A stretch of 64,000 nucleotides of DNA from a virus: the IMG/VR virus record IMGVR_UViG_3300036780_000012, positions 9,589 through 73,588 of that record. The stretch is one strand, 5' to 3'. Under the pieces are notes generated by a model, which saw only the letters and a program-made list of their open reading frames with translations, was not told where the DNA came from and made no database searches. Positions 47,565 to 57,456 of this stretch are shown here, piece by piece. The first letter of the stretch is position 1. The number at the start of each line of letters is the position of its first letter. The translations under genes were made by a program, and so were the position numbers.

Positions 47565-48830
47565 AGCAATTGTTAGCCATACTTCTGTTGACTGGTTTTG
47601 CGTTGGCACAAAGTCTCATACTTGCCGCCGATGAGCGATCCGTTCTGGAAGACGGACACCGGGAAAGCGTTCATCGCCCGCTATCAGGAGTTGAAGCAGT
47701 GCGATGCGCGAGCCGTCAAAAATCTACGCTCTGTATGGCCGGATGTTCACTGCGTCAAGAATCAGATCGGCAAGGGCAACCATTTCGAGTTCACCGGAAA
47801 GTTGTATGAAGAGTGGATGCAACCGAAAAAGGGGAAATAAACAAGGGGGTAAGTAAGATGAGCGAACGACGAGCATGGACGGCGGCGGAACAATTGCTAG
47901 ATGAGTTGTATCACAATCCCGAACTCGTGAATCGCGGCGAGTGGAGAAATCGGGTAGCTCAAATATTGCCGAGATGTCCGCGCAATCAACCAGATGGGAC
48001 TTCGCATGAAGTAACCATGAACGAATCTCCGTGGCGAAAACCAACGCGAGGTTGGATGGGAGCTAGGAGCCAATTTGATTTAGGGGATTGAACCATGAAA
48101 GCACGCAAGCCGAAAAGTAAGACTCTGACCGAACGGGTAGCGGAACTCGAACGCTATACCGCAGAACTGGCGCTACCGCTGCGAGCGGCATCGGGGAAAG
48201 GATAACAAGATGAGTGCCAGAATCTACGTAATTGACAACGCGACCGGGGCGAAAGGTTCATTCTGCATCGAGCGCCCTAGCCATCAGTGGCCAAATACTA
48301 ACGAGTATTGGAATCCACAAGGTTGGTCTGGATCAGGCTATGTATTCACTGACGAAAAACTGGCCTATGCCGTGCGCGACATATTGGCAGGGGAAGGCGT
48401 AAAACGCTGACTAGCGGCGTCAGGGGGGGGGGATAGCTCCATGGACAGGGAGACGCAGAATCGAACCGCCGCAGAGGTTGGGCATGTTGTCGGAGAAGGT
48501 GGCAAATGTTGGTGCAGCCAATGGCATAAATTTGCAAACCCCGCTGGATGCTGCCCTTTTCATATTGATGGTGGACGGCGTGATTTACCATGCGGACCCG
48601 GAACGGTTGCTGCTGAATGGCAAACGGGTGAGCGGCTGCGGGTCGAAGCGGCGTACCGGAAATACTTCTTCGACATTCGCGGGTTCCGACCGTTCCCGGT
48701 GGAAATAACGTTGGATAAGTTGATTGACTTTGTACTGTGGCGGGACAATGGGGCTGTCTCTCAGCCTACACCTGCCAAGGGGGAGAAATGACCGCGTGAG
48801 CTACTCCGAGCAAGACGGGCAGGGAGGACT

Positions 48831-49103
48831 ATGAAGCCGAAACGAATTCAACGCAAGCGAACGAAGGGCTGGAAGATGCCACCAAATACGGTCTATGTGG
48901 GCAGGCCGACGAAATGGGGAAATCCGTATCGGGTGACCCACAACACGCCGCTGGCTAGAGTCTTAATCCATTTCCGGCAATCCGCGTTGTCGATGCAGAA
49001 CGAAATTCAAGCAGAGCTTCGCGGCAAAGACCTAGCCTGCTGGTGTCCACTCGATCAGCCCTGCCACGCGGATGTACTTCTGGAGATCGCCAATGACTTA
49101 TAG
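48831..49103 (+). CDS. DUF4326-family protein
   Basis: RIQRKR.KGW.MP...VYVGRPT.WGNP, ELRGKDLACWC.LD.PCHADVL. Confidence 0.85.
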   Translation: MKPKRIQRKRTKGWKMPPNTVYVGRPTKWGNPYRVTHNTPLARVLIHFRQSALSMQNEIQAELRGKDLACWCPLDQPCHADVLLEIANDL

Positions 49104-49148
49104 CGAGCAAGACGGGCGGGTGATCCTCGCAATGAGCCGGGAAGGAGA

Positions 49149-49520
49149 ATGATGGCGAAAGTAATCGGGTCTGGCGAAATTAAAGGCGAAGTGACGTTGC
49201 TTCTCAGTGAGGCAGAGGCGAAGGCATTGGACGCGCTCGTTGGCTACGGGCCTGAGCCATTCCTGAAAGTTTTCTATGAACATCTTGGCAAAGCCTACCT
49301 TCAGCCGCATGAGCGAGGACTGAAGTCATTGTTTGAATCCGTGCGGACCGGCGAAGGCTCAGTGTCGAATTTCCTGAAACGAATTCACGATGCGCGCGAC
49401 GTTTTCACAGGCCGAAAGAACGCCTACATTCCGCCGGAATATAAGACTCTCACGAGCAAGTCCGAGCATTTGGGCAGCGGACCCATCCCATCGAACCAAG
49501 TTTCAGAGAGTGAAGGCTGA
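49149..49520 (+). CDS. hypothetical phage protein
   Basis: L.E.EA.ALDAL.GYG...FL..FY..LG..Y pattern; AGGAG SD. Confidence 0.6.
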   Translation: MMAKVIGSGEIKGEVTLLLSEAEAKALDALVGYGPEPFLKVFYEHLGKAYLQPHERGLKSLFESVRTGEGSVSNFLKRIHDARDVFTGRKNAYIPPEYKTLTSKSEHLGSGPIPSNQVSESEG

Positions 49521-49640
49521 GAATATGTTGCGTCTGAACTTCGGGGAACCCCCCAGTACACGCAACCAGAGAACAATGAAAGGTTTGGAGACGGGAGTTG
49601 AGCGCGGTTCACGAGACCGCGAGACACAAGGAGATAACAA

Positions 49641-52600
49641 ATGGACGAAATGACGAAAGCCATGCTCCAAGGATTAACCGACGCACAACTGGCAGATATG
49701 GCCGCACTTATAGCGGCAGAGATGAAACGTCGCAAGAAGTGACTAGCGGTCAAGGCCGCCGAGAAATTGCGAGACCGAAAGGAAACCAATGATTGAGCAG
49801 CTTCAGTGCCTATGTATGCTGACTTGGGACGGCAATCTGATCTCTAAGGGTTGCCGTGACGATCTAGTGAAAGCAGGATTAGCGCAACGTTTCGAGGGAG
49901 GCTTCAACCTAATTACCGCCAAGGGCGTGCAATACCTTTACGATCTAGGCTTGCTGCCGAAGAAACTAGCCGGATCAGTCAGGCCGTGACAAGCGGTTCA
50001 CGACATAGCTAGGGGCAAGAGATGCAGCGCAGACCATTTGAACTCGAAGAGGTTGTGATTTGTGTGGCGTTAGCAGTCGTGGGATTGCTTGGATGCCTCT
50101 GGATTTTCGTTGCTGTCACCGTTATCCGAATGCAAGTGCTGGGGGAGGGGATTCCAGAGCTGCGGCACGGCTTCATTGCGCTCGGGGTACTTTTTATAGC
50201 TGGGTTACGTTGATTGGTGCGGCAGTTTGGGCGGCATGGGAGATATTGAATCGTTGAGGATGCAGCGCAAAGGGAGGAAGGGATGATGAGAGAAGTTATT
50301 CAAATTTCCGTTTTGTTTGCCTTGGGGCTTGGCAACTCCATCCTTGCCGCCATAGGTGCGCGGATAACGCTTCGGTTCATGGAACTCACGAATACGAGAC
50401 TGAAGCAGTTGGAGGATAAGACTAATGGCAAATGACACTCCTAGCACGCCGCGCATTTTTAGAAGAATGGATCTCGGACCTGAATGGGACCTATCTCCCT
50501 TCTGACGGAACGCGGATTTATTACGAGAACACGTTTCTGTGGTTTCTTCGCAAGCTGCGCAAGCGCTTTGTCGCGTTTCTCAAGTGGTTTGTTGGATTTC
50601 TCAACGACGATGCGCGATGACTTCTGACCCACGAGAGGAGACAGATGAGCACAGTTCCTAGTGAGACGCCGATTGGTTCGGACGTTTGTCAATGCGGCGA
50701 TTATCGCAGTCAGCACAATTACGGCAGCAACAGCGCTTGCCGAGTCTGCGGCAATATGAGCGGGCCGTACAACGGATGCCAAAAATTCCGCTTCGGGCGA
50801 ATGGCAGGGCAGAGCGAATTGGAACACTGGCGCTTATATCATGGACGCGAATCCGAGGCTTCCCGATGACCATCCCCAGCAGAGAAGAGACGATCCAGCG
50901 AACCGCCAAGCGTGAGAAGTTTGAAGCGTGGGCAGCCACACATAACTTTAGGGGAACATTAGGCACACGCGGGAGTTATTCAGCGCCTGCAATCGCGTGG
51001 ATGGGATGGCAGGCTGGTTACGACGCTGCCCTAAGCCAGTCCGCAAACTCGCCGGATAGACGAGCATGGATTGACTCGATCAATTTGGAACTATCCAATT
51101 TGCGAGACTGGGCGAATCGAGAAGCCAAGTTGAAGGAAAAGGCTGAAGCCGAGTTGAGCCAGTCCGCAGAACGGATCAAAGAACTGGAGGCAGTATTACA
51201 AGAATCGCAACAAATGTTTGAGCAGATCTTGAGGCGGGGCGACATCATGTTCGCCGCCTATGTCAAATGGAAAGATCGGGTGGCGGATCTGCTCTCTGAA
51301 TCGAAATCAAGCACGGCGCAGTCTGCCGAGATAAGGAGGTGAAAATTGATAACTGCCAGCTTAAGGGCGAGCATTCTACTCCTAACATTCCTGGGAACTC
51401 CCAGAATAATTACTGCGTCCCCGATCCGCTGGATCAACCGCGCCTCGTAGGAGCCGTATCGAGGGCGGAGAAGTACCACGGCTCACAAGTTTTGGCGGCT
51501 CTGCTAGCAGAGAGGACAAACTAGATATTTCATGTCAAGTACTTTTTATTTCGTTTGTTATCAACGCGCCATTCTTGGTAAGTGCTTGAAAGGTGCATGA
51601 ACATTGCCGATTCGCGATCTCGGCCTGAGATAATAGTGACAGGAGGAAACATAAATGACACTTGCCCAACTCATTTGGATCGATAAGCGCGGAGGTTGCC
51701 GCATTGAACAAGGACAAGCGGCAAGGCTCGCAAAGAAATTAGAGACGCTACGCTGTCCCGCTGACCTCTGGGTATTGGACGAATACGGAGTGAAGATCGA
51801 AACCATTGGCGGATGCGAATATGCGCCCGACATCGCAGACGACAAGCGTATTAAATGGCAATGGTGGTATGACAAGACGGCGCTTGGTCTATGAAAATGC
51901 CATGCCGTAGGTGCGGAAGGATGGTTGCTGCAACTCGCAGCGGACGACACGCACATAAATGTCCGCACGGTATGCAGTGCGAACCAAACTGGGCTGGAGT
52001 CTGCAAAGAATGCCAGAAGCACTGGGAAGTCTTTCGCCAACTAGCGGCTGAGGCGGAATTGAACTATCAGCACAGTATAGCAATGCAATCGAAACGAGAC
52101 TGATACAGACAACCTAGATATTCTACGAAGTTTTACTGTTAGTCAATTCAATCGTGGTCCGCGCCCTTCAACAGCGGAGGAAAGGTGGGAAATATATGTG
52201 GACAGCACCAGCGGTAATGTTTATCGAAGCCGCAGCCGACAGTCTAAAATCGGCTGATCCTAAAATGCTTGCAGCAGAGGTCAAGGAACTCGGCTCCTTT
52301 GGGAGTACGCGCATCACAGACATGATGGATACTTTATGGCCATCGGCTGGGGACGTAATGGATAACGCATTCAGCGGCATGGAGCACGATACCGATGTGA
52401 TATTCGCTCAGGGATACCTGCTCGGTCTGCAAACCGCACGTCAGATGCTTGCGGGGAGTGCGGCATTGATACTAAAACAGATTGATCCTACCAGCATTCT
52501 ATGAGATGTGGGGTAGGGACTCGTGATGCTTTCCCCAAGGTCCCTGCTTCGTAGAATAAAGAGTTTTGGAACTTTTGAGTTTACCTACAGTCTGAGAGGA

Positions 52601-53175
52601 GAATGGTCAACATGATAAATCAAAATACCGTTGAACAAGAACCAGAGTTGATGGTCGTGCATTGGCCGGGGCAGGATACGGTCGCATGTCCAGAACATCT
52701 TCGCAAATTGGTGGGACTAGCTGCGGTCCTTGGATTCCCCTTAAGTTGGACACCTGCCGGTGAAACTATGGGATGCGACAACTGTCGCACCGAGAAAGCT
52801 AGCCATGCGCAACCCTGAAGTCAGGTAGGCCCCTATCCCAATGCTCAAAGTTCGGAGACATGCTTCGTAGAATAGAAAGGATTTCCTATGCGACCTACTT
52901 ACTTATTGGCAGTTGTGTTAGGGATGGGGAGTTGGGCGGCGGGCAAACCGAGTTCTGGTTATACGGTCATCCCTAAGCATAGTGCTAATGGTCGGCAAGA
53001 GTGGGAAGTGCTCTGCCGTAAGGGAGTGGGCGACGGAATTTGGTCTACGCTCCCTACGCCTACCGAAGCCGATAAATTCTGTGCTTATTGGGAGAATGAA
53101 GATTGGCGTAAACAAGTCGTATCCCCAGCGAAGCCGATTACCAGGGAATGTCCGGTCGATAAGGTTTGTATCTAG
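49641..53175 (+). other. array of small accessory ORFs (e.g. 49789-49989, 50645-50869, 50866-51342, 51655-51894, 52154-52504, 52603-52818, 52888-53175)
   Basis: Consecutive short plus-strand ORFs, many with SD or ATGA overlaps; no recognisable family. Confidence 0.55.
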
Positions 53176-53206
53176 GCAAACCACTTGTTACTGCCCATCT
53201 CTCCCC

Positions 53207-53238
53207 AAGAAAAACGCCCCGACTGTTTAGGCCGGGGC
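53207..53238 (-). terminator. intrinsic terminator of late/lysis operon
   Basis: GCCCCGGC-CUAAACA-GUCGGGGC followed by GUUUUUCUU at the convergence of both arms. Confidence 0.75.
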
Positions 53239-53259
53239 AGGGGAGAACAGAAGCAAAAT

Positions 53260-53853
53260 TTATTTAATCTCGTACTGCTTGCCGAAGAATCCCACCGCAC
53301 TATTGAAATCAGATTTGAATTTCTTTTTCGTCTCGTTGACCTTCTCCCCAAGTTTCGCCTCATCGCCTACGCTTAACTTGGGAATCGTAGCCACGGCCGG
53401 AACGAGAGCAACTAGAGACGCCACAAACGCTTCTACCGCCTCTACTCCTGCAATGAACTTAGCCTGCGAGTTAGGATCGGTAATGTGCAGGTTAGTCAGG
53501 ATTGGAGTTAGATTCGCGGTAAGGGCGGATAGTGCCGCCTGAATCTCAGCCAAGATGCCGGGTTGAGCCGTTGCCGAAGCAGTCTTGTACGAGGCAATCA
53601 GAGCCTTGATATTCACTAGTGCCGTTTGTGCCTGCTGTGCCCAGTTATTGAACTGAGTTACTACCTCTTCGCTGACTCCGGCTCCAAAGGCTGCCAGAAT
53701 CGCCACTAGGGCCTGTAGTGCAGGTCCTAGCAGGGTTATGATGTTAGACGCACTACTTTCCCAATCCGTGCAGGCCGTGGCCAGTAAGCAGAGATCGAGA
53801 ACGGCGAAAATACCGATCAAACGCCAGAACAACTTCGAGTCGAATCTTTTCAT
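53260..53853 (-). CDS. lipoprotein in lysis module (spanin-like candidate)
   Basis: Start MKRFDSK after AAGGAG; hydrophobic stretch ending in lipobox LATA-C; amphipathic helices. Confidence 0.65.
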   Translation of the reverse strand: MKRFDSKLFWRLIGIFAVLDLCLLATACTDWESSASNIITLLGPALQALVAILAAFGAGVSEEVVTQFNNWAQQAQTALVNIKALIASYKTASATAQPGILAEIQAALSALTANLTPILTNLHITDPNSQAKFIAGVEAVEAFVASLVALVPAVATIPKLSVGDEAKLGEKVNETKKKFKSDFNSAVGFFGKQYEIK

Positions 53854-54066
53854 GTACTTTCTCCTTTTAATCGTAGTAAGCGAGAAACGCGAATGTTCCA
53901 TCGCTGCAGGTCGCCGCGAAGGAACCATTGTAGGGGAGGGGAAGTTCGTATTCAGATTGCTCAATAGGTTCGCGCTCGACAGCGCGACTATATCGGATGT
54001 ACTGGAAATCTTTATCGTGATCCATTTATCGGGCGGGCCTTGCGGCATTGGATATTCCTCCTTGAA

Positions 54067-54537
54067 TCAACGTTCTGCAATTTTAACCACGTCCTTAGTT
54101 ATCGGATCTCGTTTCCACCATACACCTAAGTCTGAGCGGAGAATGCTCTTACACTTGCCGAAATCCTGGTATCGAAACTTATCCATGACGTAGCCAGTCC
54201 AGATTACCCTAGAGTTAGGAAAGTCTGGACAACCGTTCCAGAGTGTCCCGCCATCCTCGCGTTCGATCCACCAGTCGTTTGGGCCGAGTTGATTAAGCAC
54301 CTTGACATTATGGTATTCGTAGACAGGATAGTCCGTTATTAGTGTAGCCGCGTAAGCTAATATGCCAGCGGCTAGCATTGCTGTCCAGAGAGGCCATTGC
54401 GACGCTACGAAGCCTTTACTTCTCCGCCGTTCTCGCTCACGCCGCTCCTGTTCTACGATGACTTCCTTTTCCTTATCTTCCGACCAAAGAAAGAGAGACT
54501 GAATCCACCAAGGTAGACTAGCTAGGAGTATCCTCAT
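54067..54537 (-). CDS. membrane-anchored hypothetical protein
   Basis: Internal TM helix, two Cys in C-terminal domain; start uncertain. Confidence 0.45.
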   Translation of the reverse strand: MRILLASLPWWIQSLFLWSEDKEKEVIVEQERRERERRRSKGFVASQWPLWTAMLAAGILAYAATLITDYPVYEYHNVKVLNQLGPNDWWIEREDGGTLWNGCPDFPNSRVIWTGYVMDKFRYQDFGKCKSILRSDLGVWWKRDPITKDVVKIAER

Positions 54538-54710
54538 CCTTCGATTCCGGATCGAGCATTCGAACCAATCGAGCAACTGTCTTTTCGAGAGCCGTAATCC
54601 GCCCAATAGTATTCCAAAGAAGCAAAGCCACTCCGGCCAGTAGCCAACGACCTGCATGGGGCTCATGGACATCCATCTCACTCCTGACTGCCCTGATTTT
54701 GACTACTATA

Positions 54711-55118
54711 CTACTTATTCGACGCACTATCTGGCATTAAAGGAGGCGGCATCTGAGGCAGAAACTCTTTGATCCAAGGTATCTTTGTGACTGCGAAGTC
54801 GAGAACAGAATCCACGCCGAACCCAAAGAACAACGCAAAGAACCCGAATTGAGTAAGCGCGTTAACCTCGTTAGCAAAGTCCTCCCAACCCATAGCACGT
54901 AACATCCCGCCGAGTACCTGGGGTTGGAATGTAGCCCAATATACACCGCTGTCTAGTATGAACCTTACGAGTAATGGTGCCCAACACCGTCGAAGGAACT
55001 GACCAAAGTCGTTAGCTACAGGATTCGGGCCAGTGATAAGGAAGTACGCCCGCTTCAACCAGTAGGCGAATGTACCTACGAGAAAGAACAGCCAAAGCCA
55101 TGCTACATGCCAGTCCAA
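54711..55118 (-). CDS. three-TM holin candidate
   Basis: Three hydrophobic segments; directly after endolysin. Confidence 0.55.
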   Translation of the reverse strand: MDWHVAWLWLFFLVGTFAYWLKRAYFLITGPNPVANDFGQFLRRCWAPLLVRFILDSGVYWATFQPQVLGGMLRAMGWEDFANEVNALTQFGFFALFFGFGVDSVLDFAVTKIPWIKEFLPQMPPPLMPDSASNK

Positions 55119-55120
55119 TA

Positions 55121-55516
55121 TTAGACCTCCTTGTAGAATGTGAAGCGACCGATTACTGCTACTTGGATCATGGCTTTAGCCCAGATAGGTTCCGGGATAG
55201 AATTGTCGAAATAGTTCGTGGCACCGTTAGTTAAATCCGAATCGGTTCCTGCTGCTACAGCGTCTACAATGGCGCAGCACTCTGCAAACTGAGGATCGGA
55301 AGATGAAGGAACGTTGCATAACTGTGGATCTTGCCCGTAGGTCATAGAAGAGAACTGGAGTTTGGCGTATACAGTCTGTGCCCATGACTTACCGGAGGAC
55401 TTGGCTCGATTTGCGATTACATGCGCTACCGCTTGCATACCGTCAGTACCTTCGCCCCGAGCTTCACGCCACAGGCATAGCGCGGTAACCGATAGATTGA
55501 AGCCATCCCAAGTCAT
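55121..55516 (-). CDS. endolysin, SleB/Hydrolase_2-family cell wall hydrolase
   Basis: L..EARGEG..GM.AVA.VI.NR, QFS, D.T.GAT.Y, P.WA, IG.F.FY; start MTWDG overlaps upstream stop. Confidence 0.9.
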   Translation of the reverse strand: MTWDGFNLSVTALCLWREARGEGTDGMQAVAHVIANRAKSSGKSWAQTVYAKLQFSSMTYGQDPQLCNVPSSSDPQFAECCAIVDAVAAGTDSDLTNGATNYFDNSIPEPIWAKAMIQVAVIGRFTFYKEV

Positions 55517-57456
55517 TGCAGTATCGCTGCTCCTTGCGTCAGAGTTAACCCCGGAGTAAAAACGGAGTTGATCGCTCCGGTGCCTGCGGAGAATTGGTAG
55601 GCTCCAATGTCCCAAGTTGAGCCGCGCGTATTTGCGGTTTTCATCACGACCGTATGGTTTGTTAAGTTCTCGGTCGCGTAGGTGGTATCGCTGAGAGCGG
55701 CTGCTAAAACCCCAGTGCAACTTATACCTAGTGTCGAACAGGCGTTTTGTCCAGCTCCAACGGTTGAGTTGGTTGAAGCTACTGGAGCATCAGCATACGG
55801 GGTTTGTGAGTCAGAATATTGGTTAAATGCTGATGCTACGTTTTGGTCCGCACAACCACTTCCCGTACCAGCGCATTGCGATAATTCATTTCCGCTGTCA
55901 ACGCATTTTACCCCGATATTCTCACAAAGCGTGTCGCTGCCGATGATGTGGTTATTGGCTAGATTGAGTGTGCCGCGAAGGGGACCGTAAGCGGTTCCAC
56001 TCGCGCTGGAGTAACCACTTCCCGTAACTGCCGCTTCAAAAGAGGCTGCACTTAGCCCCCCGGAAAGTACCGTAACTACCTGTCCATTCAGCCCTGCATT
56101 TCCGCCGCTGAATCCGGTCAGATAAACGGAAATACCAGCAGTAAAATCAACTCCGTCCCCCGACCCGCTGCAAGAGGCCTGATTGGCGGTTGCGAATGTG
56201 ATAGTTCCACTGCTGCCTGTGAATGAATTGATTGCGGTGGTGCATTCCCCGTTGCCCGCGAGTTGTCCGCCCGAGGCTGAATCTGTGTTATTAAAAACGT
56301 TGAATGTTCCGCAACTTACACCTTGGGTCGGATGAGTGCAGGTCGTGATCCTTTGCAATGCTCCGTTGTTTACTCCGTAAAAAACGTTTCCAAAAGCATA
56401 GTAGACAGCCGATGAGGAAGCGTCATTTCCACTCAGCCATAGAATGAGGCCCCCGCTGCAATCCATGTTGGAATAAACGTTATTGAAAGCATATCCCGCG
56501 TTTCCAATGGCGATGCCTTGCCAGTTGGTCATGTTGCAGTGATCCCCGGAGTTGCCGACAAGAACATGGTCAATCCAGTTACCGGAAATCTGGTTGAAGA
56601 TTCCGTTGATGTTATAGACGTAGCGGCAAACATTATTGGCGAAGATGTAGCCATGCAGCGCGCACAGCATGGGGCTGTCGGTCGTGGTAGGACTGGAGGC
56701 GGGCGAGGGGCTTTGATCCGAGCCATCTACTACATTGTTGTGAACGTTCGTCCCGGTAATCTGCGCGGCTCCGTCGCCAATGTTGGCACTGAATGCCGCG
56801 ATTTGGCAAGTTGAATCCCCGCCGCTATAACTCCAGCCGTGAATGTAAAGGTTCTCAAACTCTCCGTCAGGGGAGAGTGTTTCGTTCAAGTCCCCAGACT
56901 CCATCGCCGCACACGACCATCCCTTTTCCTCAATATTGTCCACGGTCGTATAAATCGCAGTCGAACCATTGTTTAGGAAAACATAAGTGTCTCCTGTCAT
57001 GGCGCTTCCCGCAGGATTGAATACAGGCCGACACCATGAGGCTCCGCAGTTTGAAGAGTTGTACCAGGTCGGATCGACACCGATATAATTCGGATGACTG
57101 GCGGTGCCGCTGAAAGTCCACGTAATACCCAGGTCAGAGGCAGTCCATACCTCTCCTCCACGAAGTATGAAGCCTGTTCCCGCAGAGATGGAAGCGCTGG
57201 AACAGTTATTCGAGCAACTTGGCATGTCCGGAATATGCGCCCAGGGTGCGGCTTCGGTCGTGCCTGCATTAGTATCGGAGCCTGTGGACTTCGAGGCGTA
57301 GTAGCAACTGGTGACGCCCGCAGCCGAGAACGAGGTATATGCAACGTTTTGTATAGTGACCGTCTGCCCACCGGATAAGGTTGGACATGCTCCGCCGGCG
57401 GCGAACGCCGGAATCGCCAGCACGAGCAAGCACGCGAGTTGGAGAAGGCGTCTCAT
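55513..57456 (-). CDS. exported right-handed beta-helix (pectate-lyase-like) protein
   Basis: Signal peptide MRRLLQLACLLVLAIPAFA; YY.S...GSD.N.GT...PW, Asn-ladder NN repeats, C-terminal WDIGAYQF; many Cys pairs. Confidence 0.8.
   Translation of the reverse strand: MRRLLQLACLLVLAIPAFAAGGACPTLSGGQTVTIQNVAYTSFSAAGVTSCYYASKSTGSDTNAGTTEAAPWAHIPDMPSCSNNCSSASISAGTGFILRGGEVWTASDLGITWTFSGTASHPNYIGVDPTWYNSSNCGASWCRPVFNPAGSAMTGDTYVFLNNGSTAIYTTVDNIEEKGWSCAAMESGDLNETLSPDGEFENLYIHGWSYSGGDSTCQIAAFSANIGDGAAQITGTNVHNNVVDGSDQSPSPASSPTTTDSPMLCALHGYIFANNVCRYVYNINGIFNQISGNWIDHVLVGNSGDHCNMTNWQGIAIGNAGYAFNNVYSNMDCSGGLILWLSGNDASSSAVYYAFGNVFYGVNNGALQRITTCTHPTQGVSCGTFNVFNNTDSASGGQLAGNGECTTAINSFTGSSGTITFATANQASCSGSGDGVDFTAGISVYLTGFSGGNAGLNGQVVTVLSGGLSAASFEAAVTGSGYSSASGTAYGPLRGTLNLANNHIIGSDTLCENIGVKCVDSGNELSQCAGTGSGCADQNVASAFNQYSDSQTPYADAPVASTNSTVGAGQNACSTLGISCTGVLAAALSDTTYATENLTNHTVVMKTANTRGSTWDIGAYQFSAGTGAINSVFTPGLTLTQGAAILQ

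Larger units (their letters stand above)
12631..55127. repeat. dispersed 16-bp palindrome AGTCCAA-WW-TTRGACW, 11 copies
   Basis: Copies start at 12631, 26496, 29909, 31996, 38359, 39416, 41382, 43159, 43843, 45317, 55112. Confidence 0.92.

Noticed and set aside
12631-55127. Palindromes as CRISPR repeats, REP elements or terminators
   Set aside because: Isolated, kb apart, 2-nt centre, no U-tracts, mostly intragenic
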